The translations under genes and the position numbers were made by a program. The notes beneath the pieces were generated by a model. It was not told where the DNA came from and did no database searches. It saw only the letters and a program-made list of their open reading frames with translations. Below, piece by piece: positions 1 through 12,880 of a stretch of DNA of 64,000 bases. The DNA lies in NCBI GenBank assembly GCA_013265495.1, contig MU058636.1, positions 8,701,425 through 8,765,424 of the forward strand, given 5' to 3'. Source of the stretch: Vicugna vicugna. Lineage: Eukaryota. Position 1 is the stretch's first letter. Every line of letters starts with the position of its first letter.

Positions 1-147
1 GATAATTGGCAACATGTCCTTCCATAAAGAGCTTTATAGTGTTTTTCTCAAACCAAGATGTGTGCACTAGGTATGCGTTTTGTTAGTGGAGTGCAGTTGG
101 TTCCTGGTCATCTCAGCCGTCGAAACAAAGAAACATCTATGTATACC

Positions 148-510
148 GTATTAATTTCCTTTAGTTCCTATAACAAATTACCCTAAACTCAGCAGCTTTA
201 AACAACGTAAATTTATTTTCTTGTGTTCTAGAGGTCACATTTCCAAAATGGGTCTGAATGGGCTAAAATCAAGGCATTGTCAGGGCTGTTTTCCTTTCTA
301 GAGGTGATGAGGGTAAATCATTTTCTTGCCTTTTCCAGATTCCAGAGGCTGGAATCACTTCTTGGCTCATGATCTCCTTATAGCATCAAAGCCAGCAATA
401 TCTGATCAGTCTTGCTTACATCACATCACTGGGGCACTGATCCTCTTTGCACTGATATGGGACCCTCGTGATTCCTTGGGGCCTGGTGAATCCAGGCTAA
501 TCTCCCATGA
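148..510 (-). mobile_element. MaLR LTR fragment (MLT1-type)
   Basis: gtattaatttcc...tataacaaattaccctaaact...aaaatcaaggcattgtcagggctg...ttgccttttccag resembles the reverse complement of the MLT1 LTR 3' end. Confidence 0.8.
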
Positions 511-714
511 TAAACTATTTTAAGTGAAAAAAGAAAGCATTAGAATCTTTGTCAAAATTTATTTCAAATAAACTAAAGGAATTTATCAGAACATTGACAA
601 AATAAGCTTTTTGTTAATTTGATTTTGCTAAAATAATTTTAATAAGATGGTTAAAGTGTTGCTTTAGCCATTTAAAGAAATGAACAGCATCTATAAAAAC
701 AGATTTAATACCTT

Positions 715-898
715 ACAAACTACTGGGTGTAAGACAGGCTCAAGGATGCATTGTACAACACGGGGAATATGGCCAATATTTTGTAATACCTATAGTTGGA
801 CAGTAACCTTTAAATATTATATTCAAAAAAATCACCACGTTGAACACTTTAATATCTCACTACTTTATTTATCAAATAAATCTCAATAAAGCTGAAAA
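715..898 (+). mobile_element. L1 3'UTR fragments (cetartiodactyl-type end plus an older L1M end)
   Basis: tacaaactactgggtgtaagacaggctcaaggatgcattgtacaacacggggaatatggccaatattttgtaata followed by ctcaataaagctgaaaa. Confidence 0.7.
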
Positions 899-1339
899 TT
901 TTTTAAAAGATTTAATAAGAATTGGTTGCATAAAATTATGTCTGATATAACTATTATATTTGGATAAATCAATTAAACAAGGTGGGTGCAGGATTGGGCT
1001 GAAAATAAGAATACAGTAGAGTATGGCAGGAGGAAAAGACATACAATTCATACATCTCTGATGAGAATAAGATCCTCTGAATACAGTTCTTTGAAACATA
1101 TATCCTGAAAGCTATTAAAGCCACATGAGTTTAGTTATGAAAAACAGCACCAGGGGAACAGCAATCTCTCTGTTTCATCACTGACTACGAATTTCTTGAG
1201 TTTTCTCTAAAGACAATAAGATCTATTTAGATTTCTCACCACGTGCTTTTTGATTGTTTTATAGTGACATGATCCTAAGCTTCTGTGTTTTATGGAGTAC
1301 GAGGTAACGTAACATAATCCCTACTTGTTTAAATTTTGG

Positions 1340-1560
1340 AGGTGGGATTCATACTTAGACTTCATCACTTACCAACTACATGAACTTGACAAAATTATTT
1401 AACCTTCCGAACAATCATTGTTTTGTTGGCTTTTTTTGCTTTTGTTTTTGTTTTTGTTTTTCTGGGGGGGGATGTTAAAAATTAAATAACATTATACAAG
1501 CAGAGAATTTAGCACATTATAAGTACTCAAAAGATGTTAGCCATTATTATGATTGACATT
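1340..1560 (+). mobile_element. MIR SINE (degenerate)
   Basis: gggattcatacttagacttcatcacttaccaactacatgaacttgacaaaattatttaacctt...aagtactcaaaagatgttagccattattat. Confidence 0.65.
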
Positions 1561-2129
1561 ATTAGTGGAGTTATGTTCAAAGTGGCATAAAATTGTAAAG
1601 AAAGGTATCTGGAGAAAGGACTACTGTGGGGTATAAAATATGATTGGGGGGATAAAAGCTATGGTACTCCAATGAAACAACTATTGAAGCTAAACTGTTC
1701 ATGTTTTCTTCATCCTAATGGTTTCTTTCTTACTCAATAATCAACAAAATCAAAGGGACGTATGGATTGTAAGTTAAAAGTATGGCAACGTTGTCCGCTG
1801 TAGGTGTTTTGCCTCCAAAGCCACCATCCCATAAATTAAGCCCTACTCTGGCCAATTAAGTGGCCCCTTTATCTGTGGCGCTGGACTTCGCTGCTTTCTT
1901 CCACCTCGAGGCCTGCAGACACCCCGGTCTCCAGGCTGTAACATGCGTTTCTCTCCCTTTGTGCTCGTCTAGTATATCTAGTTGACACGCACAGCCAGCG
2001 CCTAACAACTCGATTTGCTTCCTCCAAAAAGCCTCCTGAATGGCCACCAGCATTTAGTAATTCCTCTGCTAGAATGCAGATGCCTTATTTTCTAATTGTC
2101 AGTTCACTTGCCAGTTTGACCCTCTAAAC

Positions 2130-2363
2130 TAGTGATTTTTCAGCTACAGCACTGTTGACATTTTGGGCCAGATGATTCTTGGCTGGGGGATGGGGAAGGG
2201 ACTGTCCTGTGCATTGTGGGTACTCAGCAGTATCCGTGGCCTCTAACCACCAGACAGACATTGGTAGCATTTAACCTCCATCACCAGTTTTGACATCCAG
2301 TTGTCTCCAGACATCACCAAACGTCCTTGGGGGAGAAAAACTGCCCTTGATTGAGAATCACTG
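2130..2363 (-). mobile_element. MER20 hAT-Charlie DNA transposon
   Basis: cactgttgacattttgggccagatgattctt...tgtctccagacatcaccaaacgtcc...gattgagaatcactg, the reverse complement of the MER20 pattern. Confidence 0.85.
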
Positions 2364-2370
2364 CCCTGGA

Positions 2371-2472
2371 CAAGTGGATCTCAATCTTGGTTGCTAATTA
2401 GAATTTTCTGGGGAATTTAAAAAAAAATCTATATATGGATCTCACTCAAGAGATTCTGTTTTAATTGGTTTA
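2371..2472. mobile_element. MER5-type hAT fragment
   Basis: agtggatctcaatcttggttgctaattagaatt...agagattctgttttaattggt. Confidence 0.6.
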
Positions 2473-2559
2473 AAACCAAACCAGGATTCAAAATAAAGAG
2501 TAAGAAAAAAGAAAAAAAGAAAAACCTTGACACTTAGCTTGTTTTAAGTCACAAAAGCA

Positions 2560-2865
2560 AGGCTCTAAGTCTATTATTTATGTTATATTACCAGCACATA
2601 ATAAAACCTGGCACTTCTTTTTTGTCAGTTGTTAGACATTTTGATGGTGAAATGAATGAATGAGTGAATGAATGAATTCAGCTAGGTGCCTATCTGCATC
2701 ACAGACATGGATCTGCATTTTACTGTAGTTTTCTATTTCTTTATCTCTCTATTATGCATTCTTTGCAGGAATCTGTCTCTGTATTTCCATTCTAGCACAG
2801 CTCTCAGCATCTATTTGACAATTAGCTAGTATTCTTGAAAGTATGCAGTAATGAATGAATGAATA
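2560..2865 (+). mobile_element. Two L2 3' end fragments
   Basis: ccagcacataataaaacctggcac...(tgaa)n tails near 2650-2678 and 2851-2865. Confidence 0.6.
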
Positions 2866-2905
2866 ACCAAAGGAGCATAGCATTTTGCACTTACCTAGTT
2901 CCTAC

Positions 2906-3430
2906 TGTGGTGCAGACTGCTGGTTGCACTTTGTTATTATCATGAAAAGTTTGCCAATTTAATGTCTAGTCTCATTTTTTTATGTTAAGCAAAAAAATTC
3001 TGATTTTATCAGGGAAGGAATGTTCCAGCTCAAAGACTAGATTGCCCAGCCTTCTAGTAGCTGGGTACGGTATGAGACTACATCTGGCCAGTGAGATGTA
3101 AGGAAGAAATTGTTCAATGGGGTTTCTGGAAAAGCTCATTAAAAAAGGGTAAGAAAAATGACATTGATCTCTTTCTATCTTCCCTCTCTCCTCATTTTCT
3201 TACTCCCTACTCCATATGGCTGGGGCTCCAGATACGATTTTGGATGGCAAGATGATTTTAGACTGAAAGTCATTTGCTCAAGATAAGAAGCAAAAAAACC
3301 CTTGTACGCTGTCATGCCAGTTCTGGGCTGTGCACCTTTGCCCCTTTAGGTTTAACTGAGAGAAAGAAAAAATTCAATCTTCTTTCTGACCTTTGTGACT
3401 AGAAAGCAGCTGGATGTAACGCTTCACTAC
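2906..3430 (+). mobile_element. Old MaLR LTR (MLT1I/J/K-like)
   Basis: ttgcccagccttctagtagctggg...tggccagtgagatgtaag...atggctggggctccag...tgagagaaag motifs typical of old MLT1 LTRs. Confidence 0.6.
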
Positions 3431-4397
3431 TCCAATAGTCAACATAACACAGTGGGTTGGCAAAGCCAATTTCCTTTATCTTGCCTTCATTTCACTATGT
3501 ACTTTTCATAGGAAGAGGGCATACACTTTAATTATGCCTCATGTGATCATAATGCTTATGCAGATGGATATATCAGCCTATGGTTTGGGCAAATGCATTT
3601 TGATCTGGCTTCCTGTATCAAGCTAGCACGTTCCTTTCAGAAAATCATGTCTGGAGTCTTCTTTCTGAATTCCAGGGTGCGCCTCCAGTACATGCCTAAA
3701 TGCACCTCACAACGCTCACTTGCCTTTAATGGGAATTTTCTTGCTGTGAACTTGTTGTCCATGTAAGAATGCTTCCTTTCAGAGCTTGCATTAAGGATTG
3801 TAAGCTACGCATATAAAAATGACTGGCATGCCTGCTGTTAAGTAGTTGTTTTTAGAAAAATAAATCTTTTGCTTCCAGCAAGATTCTGCTATCTCAATTC
3901 ACTCAAATGGAATGGAAATTGCCCTCTAGACTAATTATACACTTGGAAATGTTCATTTAAGGATAATTGTCTGTTGGTAACTGCCCTCACCGGCTACCAT
4001 CTTGAAGACATGACGGTGCACTCTTGATGGTGTAATATTCTACTGAATACTTGAATGGAGAAACTGTGAAGACATTGTTAAGCTTTTGCTGAGAGAACGC
4101 TGAAATATTTATAGGCCTCAGATTCTCCCCTAACTGCTTTAAAACCTGGACTTATAAACATATTCTCTTCTTTCCTCTTAGCTCCCCCAAATATAGAAGT
4201 AATAAGATTTGTCAATTTACTTCCTCGTAAAACTCACATTTTTCAACAACTTAAAAGAAAGCTGGATTTGCGTTACTCACCTATATTTCATTCATGTGTT
4301 TGGGTCTTATTTTTTTTTTTTTTTTGCATAGACGAACCAGCAAAATATTATCCCACTGGGGGAAAATAATAAAAACATTTGAGTTGAAAATACAATT

Positions 4398-4543
4398 GGA
4401 GGGGGAGGGTACAGCTCTGTGGTTAGAACACATGGTTAGCATGCATGAGGTCCTGGGTTCAATCCCCAGTACCTCCATTAAAATAACTAACTAAATAAAT
4501 AAACCTAATTCCTCCCCCCCAAACAAACAAACAAACAAAAAAA
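4398..4543 (+). mobile_element. tRNA-derived SINE, Vic-1-like (camelid)
   Basis: gggggagggtacagctc...gaggtcctgggttcaatccccagtacctcc (B-box), aaataaacctaatt, C-run and A-rich tail; exact 12-bp TSD gaaaatacaatt at 4386-4397 and 4544-4555. Confidence 0.9.
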
Positions 4544-4689
4544 GAAAATACAATTTATATGGTAGAACTTCCATCACAAATACAGCAGTAATCATTTGAA
4601 AAGCACGTTACTTAATCCATAGTACAATGATACGGTTGGAAGATACCTTCCTACATTATAGTCATTGCCTCAAAAGAAAAACTAAAAGT

Positions 4690-4833
4690 AACAGAACTAT
4701 GTTCAATAGCTTATAATAGCCTATAACAAAAAAGAATATGGAAAAGAATATATCTATGTATAACTGAATCACTATGCTGTACCCTAGAAACTAACACAAT
4801 ATTGTCAATCAACCATACTTCAAAACAAAAAAA
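4690..4833 (+). mobile_element. 5'-truncated L1 3' end (cetartiodactyl type)
   Basis: aaagaatatatctatgtataactgaatcactatgctgtaccctagaaactaacacaatattgtcaatcaaccatacttc with A tail; aaaagtaa on both sides. Confidence 0.8.
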
Positions 4834-4959
4834 GTAATGGATATATTTAATCCAGCTGTTTGAAACCAAGTTTTTTTAACCATTCTGGCCAGCGTTTGGT
4901 GAAATTTCATTTAATTTCAGCTCTTTATGGACAATTTGAATATCTACTTCTCTCCTAGT

Positions 4960-5875
4960 TTTTTTCAAATATTTTGCCCATTTATCTATGGAACAGCCTT
5001 TAGATATTGATTTGTGGCATCAAATCAATATTGTTTACATACATCCTAAATATCTTCTCCAACACTTCTGGCTTGCCTTTTTATCTTTTAATAATATCTT
5101 TTGGTTAGCAGGAGGTCTCAAATGTATTGTAACTAAATTTAACATTTTTACCTTTATGCTTATGTCTTTGGGCTTCCTAACTGAAAAAAATTTTGCCTAC
5201 TTTTCACGGTCATTAGAAAATCATTTAGTGGTAATTATTAAAATCAATATGTGATTAATTAATACATTAATATATATTATATTACTATATTATAATTAAT
5301 TGTCATTTCATTTCATTTCTGAATATATATGTATATACACACACACACAAAAGAATTTATCCACTTGTGAACTAAAAAGACATCTAGAAGGATGTTTAAG
5401 TGTCTAAGTGCTAAGTGATTTAGCACTTAGTTTTATAAAACTATAAACAATCCTGATATTTAGTAACAGAACAGACAAAAGTAGTAAATTTACACAATGG
5501 TGTGCTATGCAGAGGCGAGTCTAAACTACTGCAACACGGATGGGTCATATAAACGTCTTTATTTAATCAAAGATGTCAGACACGAATTGTACACAAATGT
5601 GTGATTCCAAATTATACAAAGTTCAAAAGAAGGCAAAGCTAATCTCTGGTCATGTTCAGGGTCAGAATAAGTCAGAGAGTCGTTAACTTTGGAGACAGGA
5701 GATCTTGATTAGAATAAGACAAGTTGGTGTGTATGTGGTATTGGGATGGTTTCGCTTCTTGCTCTTGTTCATGGTTACATGTTGACACAAATGTGTCCAC
5801 TTCATGAAAATGTAGTGAACCCTTGTGATTTGTATTCTTGGTATGCATAGTAAACTTCAATAAGTAATTTTAATT
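4960..5875. mobile_element. Old L1M fragments (minus strand ~4960-5220, plus-strand 3'UTR ~5350-5875)
   Basis: ttttgcccatttatct...; tgtgtgattccaaattatacaaagttcaaaagaaggcaaagctaatct...taaacttcaataa. Confidence 0.65.
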
Positions 5876-5919
5876 TAAGTAAAGACCTACCATTTCACAA
5901 AGAGCCTTAGGAAAACAGA

Positions 5920-6022
5920 CATATGTATGTATATGTATGACTGAAACATTATGCTGTACACCAGAAATGGACACAACATTGAAAACTAACAGTACTCCAA
6001 TAAAAAAATGGAATAAAAAAAG
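5920..6022 (+). mobile_element. Short L1 3' end (cetartiodactyl type)
   Basis: tatgactgaaacattatgctgtacaccagaaatggacacaacattg...caataaaaaaa. Confidence 0.75.
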
Positions 6023-6325
6023 ATAATTAGGATGGACATCATATTTTCAGGAATCCATAATTATTTACTAACAGGGGCTCTCTTATCTGTTTATTGAGAG
6101 CAGCTAGTTGATGTTCCAGCCTGATTTTACTTGACTAATCTTTACTCTGGTAAATTATCTTATTCATCAGACTGGCTGATTACTGATACAATGTCCCAAA
6201 TGATACCCTAAGAGGTTCTATTGGGAAGGAAATTTTAGTAATCATGGTCTACAGGATGAAAGAATTCATTCTGTATAACCTCTCTAGAGTTATTATTTCC
6301 TTCATCTTTCTACCTTTATTTTAAA

Positions 6326-6675
6326 TTTTTTTAATTGAGGTACAATTTACATATAATGTTATATGAATTCCAACAACAAAATGATACAATATTTACACAC
6401 ATTGCAAAATGATCGCCACAATGAGTCTAGTTAATATCCATAACCATATAGAGTTACACATTTTTTTCTTGTGATTAGAACTTTTAAGATTAACTCTCTT
6501 AGCAACTTTCAGGTATGCAATACTGTATTATTAACTATAGTCACCATGCTGTAAATTACACTCCCATGATGACTTAGTTATTTTATAACTGGAAGTTTAT
6601 ATCTTCGAACCACATTTACCCATTCTGACCAGCCCCCACTCCTTACTTCTGGCAACTATCATTCTGTGCTCTGTA
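6326..6675 (-). mobile_element. L1MA9-like 3'UTR
   Basis: ttaattgaggtacaatttacatataa...gaacttttaagattaactctcttagcaactttc...ttaactatagtcaccatgctgt. Confidence 0.85.
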
Positions 6676-8356
6676 AATCAGTAAGCCATTATTAACTTCC
6701 TATAACTTTGTCCTAAACAAACAATCACATATATGTTTTCTCTAAGCAAACAATTACATGCATGTCCATAAATGTACAGGGTTCTCTTTCTCTTTTTAAT
6801 AGGGTAAGATTATATACCCTGCTTTGAAACATTTTTAACATAACAAATAATATTGACAAATAATAGTCTTTCTCATCCTGTGTTACATTCTATTTTATAA
6901 AAATGCTATAATTTGTTTCATAATTACCCAATGTCTGATTATAAGCAATAAAGCATTGAACTCCCTCAAATTCTGTTTTCTCACATTTGATAGAGAATTT
7001 CTATACACATGATTAGTAGAAGTAAAACTGCTGGTCCAAAGGGAAATACATTGTTCTAGTCATGATTCATGATCCCAATAGAGAAATCAATTTATTTAGC
7101 TTGAGAAAAATACCTTATCATAAAAATATTGTGTGTTTCAGAGCTTCACCAGGAATTTTAGAGACCCAAACACAAAAAAAACCTAGAAAACTAGGAAAGG
7201 CAAGGAACAGCCAATGTTTTATCACAGACTTGTGTGTCTTTCGAGGTTTAAATGATACGCATTTCACTATTTTTCTGAACATAAAATGTTACAAATGTTA
7301 AGAGTTAAAAGGTAGTGAATGGCGTTCACTATAGCACTTGACGCTTAATCCCACCACTGCCACCACAGATGACCTCTCACCATCCCTACACATGTGTCAG
7401 TTCTCTCAGGGATCAAAGCCCTGGACAGAAGAGTCAGACTGACCAAGGCTCAATAGTGCTGTTAAAAAATGTAAAGAATTTTTGTGCACGAGATGTGGTC
7501 CTGGGTTTCCCCAAATTAAGAAACCCATGCAGATACTGGGGAACCCTACACAAATTGCTCACACTATACACACATTTTCAATTTTAATAAACACCATCAA
7601 ATTTTATTCCAAATAAATTACACCAATGTTTACTCTGATACACAGTAGATGAAGTATACATTTCCTAGTAAGCACTGAACATTTTCAATTTTTAAACTAC
7701 TGCCTACATGACAAAAATTTAAAATTATCATTCCACGTTGCAACTTGGATTTCCACAATTACTTATGAAGATTAACATCTTTACATTTATTTTAAAATAT
7801 TGAGTTTCCTAATAATAAATTTAACATTTTTCTATACTTCATATGTCTTTCTCTTTTTTATTTTTTGGGGCTATTTTCATTCTGAAGATGTTATCTCCTT
7901 ATTTAATTTAATGGTGTGAATATTTTTAAACTCTATTTGATTCTTGATGAACTCATCTGATATAGTTTGTATCCCTCTTTAGTTTTGTGTGATCCTAAAC
8001 CTGGGGTGTGTATAGTATTTATTGAAAAAATCGATGATTAGAATGTGCTTACATGACATAGTCTAGGAGCAAGAAGTTTCTGACAGTTTAAAAAGGTCAG
8101 GGGATTAATATCCATAGATAATAAGACCAACTATAAATCCACCACTAGGACTAACATTTCCAAATTGTCCAGTTGAGTGTCATGACATGTTATTGAACAT
8201 CTTCTTGCTAAGTTAGAAATGCAGCGTTTCTGTACGATTAGATTGATCAGAGCTTCCATCACTGAAGGAAGTAAAGCTCTCTTATTAGCCATATTCATAC
8301 ACATTACTCACTTAAGTGCTATGAATTTTGTGCCACCATCCTAGTTTATATTCTAT

Positions 8357-9095
8357 ATTCATTCAGCAATATTTGTGGCACAACTGCTTTTTTTCTGAGC
8401 ACTGTTCTAAGAGCTGGAGATACAGCAGTAAACAAAGCAGGTGGTCTACCTTCATGGGACTTACATTCTCTAGGATGAGCTTGGTAAAATCATAAAAATG
8501 AAGAAATACACAGTTGTTCCGACAGGTGTAAATGCCAGGAAGAATGATAAAGCAGAGACATGGGGAGAAGGAGAGCTGAAGACACATAGAGTAGCCAGGG
8601 AAGGCTCACAGGACAGAAGCCTGAAAGAGACTAGAGTTGAGTCTTCAGGACAATGTGCTGGCAGAAGTAAAGGTGCAAACTGCCACGGCACTAAGGCAAG
8701 GTACAGATCGACGTGAAACCTAGGAGGCTGCACAACAAGTCAAGAGAGGTGCTTCTAGGACACAGATGTTGGTGCGCTACATTACATGGCGCCAGAGTCA
8801 TGGTAAGGATGGTAAGGATTTGGACTTGTACCCTAGACTTGTCGAAGGGGCAACCATTGCAAGATTTCAAGAAATGCAGTGACCTAATTTGACTTATGTT
8901 TTTAAAAGACTGCTTCGCTGTTTTGTGGAGAAGAGACTCTGGAGGAAGAAAAGGAGTAGAAGCTGGAAGACGTTTAGGACACTCTGGCAGCAAGCCAGGC
9001 AAAAGATGCCCAGGGCTCGGAGTCACTAGAATAATTCTAATTAACAGAGTAATTAGAATAATTCTAATATTTTGAAATAAAAGGCTATGGATTTC
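8357..9095 (-). mobile_element. L2 LINE 3' region
   Basis: attcattcagcaatatttg...cactgttctaagagctggagatacagcagtaaacaaa...gttttgtggagaagagact; accounts for ORFs 8363-9185. Confidence 0.85.
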
Positions 9096-9139
9096 AGAGG
9101 ACAGCCTCTGCCTGACTTCATGGGCAGCCATGCTGGCAC

Positions 9140-9352
9140 ACTGTGTGAAGGTGAGAACTCCAGAGCCATGATGTGTGGATACCACTGTCAGCTCTACTAA
9201 TAATTAGCTTTGTGATCATGAGCAATTTAATTAACGTCTCTGCCTCAATTTCTTCAAGTAAAAAAAGGGATAATTGTGAGGAATAAACAGTTTATAAAGT
9301 GCTTACAGTAGTGTGAACACAGAAAGTGCTAGGTAAATGTCAGTTTATTACC
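9140..9352 (+). mobile_element. MIR SINE
   Basis: cagctctactaataattagctttgtgatcatgagcaatttaattaacgtctctgcctcaatttc...aaagtgcttacagtagtg. Confidence 0.75.
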
Positions 9353-9502
9353 ATGTTTATTTCAGGCAAAACTCATAATGAAGTTTCTAGAGAAATCTTT
9401 ATGGCCAAATTGAATGACTGTTAATCTGTTATATTCCCATGCAAATAATACTTTCAGACAAAAAAGACAAGTGAACAAAAATCCTTTCAATTAAATACAA
9501 GT

Positions 9503-9724
9503 CAATGATTCTCAATTAGGGGCAATTTCCCCATCAAGGGACATTTACCAATATCTGGAGACACTTTTAATTGTCATTTATTGGGATGAGGGAGATGTGT
9601 TACTGATACAGAGTGGATGAAGGGTTGGAATGCTGGTAAACATCCTAAAATGCATTGGACAATCCTCCACAACAAAGAGTTATCTAGTCTAAAATATTAA
9701 TAGTGTCATAGTTGGGTAAACCTA
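9503..9724 (+). mobile_element. MER20 hAT-Charlie DNA transposon
   Basis: caatgattctcaattaggggcaattt...gggacatttaccaatatctggagacac...acaacaaagagttatctag. Confidence 0.85.
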
Positions 9725-10725
9725 ATGTAAATTCTAGAAACAGATTAGCACAGGTATTCAAACTTTCATATGTGCTTAAAAGTATATCAACTGGAACATT
9801 TTCACACTGCGTTACATTTTTCCTCTTTTCTCTATGTGACAGTCACAAATACAGCTTTCCCTCCCTTTCTTTTCTTTCTTATTTTTTTCACCTCTCAGAA
9901 GAGAAAAATTTATCCTCAAATCTCTATAGTTTTGAAGATCACAAAAGACTTCCTGTTTTTAGTATTTAAACATGGCACCACAGTTAGAGAAAGCTCTTGA
10001 AGCTTGCGTTACTGCTCCTTGCAGCCTTTTTCAGGTCATACCAGTATGTCCCAAGCTTCTGATAAAACTTGAACTTTGTCGTGGGATTTATTTCTTATGC
10101 ATTTCTACAGTCCTGTTTAGAGCACATTTTAATTAACTGTATCACATAGTTCATTTTATTTTGTACGAATTTTTCCTTCATAGGAAACTTCATTGGATCA
10201 CCCAGTTGAATTTACAGGAGAATGGATATAAATTGTAACTTTAAACAAAGTTGTCATCTGAAATGCACAATGCCTGGCTGGCCCTGCTGCCATTCAGGGA
10301 TACCACGCCCTGAAAATACACGAAAAAGTTAGAAACCGCTTTCTGGGCTGCTTTAATTATCTCTCCTTTTGGTCTTATTGATAGCGATCTGTATTTTTAA
10401 GACTATCATACATCTCAAATTATTTGCAGACATTAGTGACTTGTCTGTATCATCTGTGTGTTCTCACTGGATCTAGGTTACTGGCAGTCTGAGAACTCTA
10501 AGGTCTAGGAAATTCCTGACTTCCTATTTAGGTAAAGATGTTCAGTTTGATCTCTTACCGCTTAAAAGAGGAGTATTCTAACATAAAACTATGAGACAAT
10601 CCAGCTGGGTTGATTTCACTCGTGGATTTTTTGTTTATTTGTTTTTGTGATTTTTTTGTTTTGTTTTGTTTTGTTTTTGCCTTTTGGTAATGCCTTCTTT
10701 AAGAGCCTCAAGGACAAATGGCTCT

Positions 10726-10925
10726 CAGTAGTGGAATGGGGCTGGCTCTTACCACTTGGCAAGAGCCAATGGTACATGTTCCTTCCCCTCTTTACACGCA
10801 GTGATGTCCTACTGATAGCTTGTAACTGGCGGTGGTAGGAGAATTCACCCCACTGACACTGGCAAGTACTACAGAGTAGAGCTTTCTCCTCCAGAGAGCC
10901 AGCTGTTAGCCTTACTACCCTCCTA
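10726..10925 (+). mobile_element. MER63A-like hAT DNA transposon
   Basis: cagtagtgg...gctggctcttaccacttggcaagagccaat...ccagagagccagctgtta; similar to the copy at 36343-36558. Confidence 0.65.
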
Positions 10926-12724
10926 GGATTTCAACTTGTTTTCCTTGCTTTGTTAGAAGCTTGCAGAAGTGCTGCATAAGCTTTCAGTGCCAGAGTGTCT
11001 GCGAACATTATTGTCAAGCTGAGAATTATAGTTAGTTTTAAACTGGGTCTTCCTACTTTATAGGAGAAACATATTTCTTCCAGTTTATAAGATACACTGA
11101 GATACCTTGGTCAGTCAAAATGAATTAAGCAATCACTTTTGAGTTCTTCCTATCATTGAATTACTGCTAATTTTTCCCAACACCTCTTATGTCTTCCTTG
11201 CTAGGTGCCTTTTATTAGCCAGGTGTTTCTGGCAGGTCAAGATCCACAGATATATCTTGGAGTAAATGTGGTATTTACCCATTTTGCTTGTTTTGGAACC
11301 TCTAAAAACTAACAATGGTGTGACTCTGTCATTGCTTTCAGCATTTACTGAAATCATTGGGCTGCACATTTGAATTTGGAGTTACTAAACTTTCAATAAT
11401 TATATGTTAGTATTTAATTCTGTAGATTTCAAAAACAAAGATTTGAAGATTTATGTCATGTCTGCTGTAGAATATGTCTCCGAAAGGATTTTTTCCTTTG
11501 GGTTTGTGCTCAAAGTTCTTTTCTTCTGTTCTATCAGCTAAGTTATACTTTTTTGGAGATGCTTTCATTCAAGGGTATATATATTTTGCCAGCATGCTTG
11601 GTGGGAGCGGGATATTTCATAAACACAGCACCTAATATTTCAAATACATGTCTTACAGATGTGGTATTTATGTGAAACCACACAGGACTCCTTTATTACA
11701 AGCTATAGAAGGCTGTTTAGGACTCAGGCATCAATTAGCCTGGTGGCCACGTATAGATCATCGAACTCTGTTGCCATCCCCACAACCCACAATTCAATGT
11801 TGCTTTCATTAGGAAAATATTTGGGGTTTTCAAATTTTAGTGAAATGCATTTGTTTATATATAAATCGTACAAATGTTAAAAAAAAAAGACAAAAAAACC
11901 CCATGAAATCAGAACCAATCATGCAACAGTTCACCAAGTTCTTAAGCAGAAGCCTGTCTTTCTATTATTTGAATTTTCCACACAGATATTCCCCTTTATA
12001 GAAATCCATAAGTAACAATATTAGGGTAAGTCTCATTCAGTAACATCGTGTTGTCGACTGGAGGCTTAAGGAGGTTTTTTGATTGTTTTTGTTTTTGCTT
12101 TTATTCTGGGTTCTGTACTTCTGGTGCCTCAGGCGTATCAATTCCCTGTAGCGGCTTCTGCTCACAGCTCTGTAACTGATGCTAAGAGCTGTGTCCTTTC
12201 CTGCAGGTGGTCCCACTTATCTCTGGGCAATGGCTGAGAACAAGATGCTCAGCTATTCAAGATGGGGGCTGACAAAGGGGCTTTGTCATCATGCTGTTTT
12301 AATCTATCCATTGTGAAAATTGCTTTTCTTCATTTGATATTATATTATCAGTATCCCTCTATGCCACTTAAACTCTTCAAAAACTTTGTCCTTTATAACA
12401 CGTTAAAATGTTTTCTAAATATGATCGTAACAGATGTTCAATGCAGACAACTTGGCAGAGGTAGAAAAATGTAAAGAAACAGCAACTGCCAAAACCATCC
12501 ACTCAACACTTCAGTGTGTTACTTCCAGTATTTTCGTAGGTCACATTCTTTCACGTCTTTTATTTTTCACTTATCACTCTTTACTGAATGTTTTCCATGT
12601 AATCATGTATTTTTTTCACTGTGATTATTTTTAATGGCTGAATATCAGCACAGTATCTATTGCATACTTTACCCTACTTGTTAATGATGAAGTTCTGGGA
12701 TTTAATTTTTTTTAAATTAATGTA

Positions 12725-12880
12725 GTAACTTATGGTGAAAAAGAATATGACAATGAATGTACATATATATATGTGTGTGTGTGTGTTCATGTATGACTGA
12801 AGCATTATGCTGTACATCAGAAACTGACACATTGTAAACTGACTATACTTCAATAAAAATATATACACAAAAAATTAAAA
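12725..12880 (+). mobile_element. Short L1 3' end (cetartiodactyl type) within older L1ME fragments
   Basis: gaaaaagaatatgacaatgaat...gttcatgtatgactgaagcattatgctgtacatcagaaactgacacattgtaaactgactatacttcaataaaaa. Confidence 0.8.

Noticed and set aside
4398..4477. tRNA gene (A/B-box-like sequence)
   Set aside because: It has a tail, a TSD and three sister copies, so it is a tRNA-derived SINE. ORFs 4281-4478 and 4294-4494 are artefacts of it.
8691..9185. 164-aa ORF
   Set aside because: It lies within a decayed L2 element and has no recognisable protein features.
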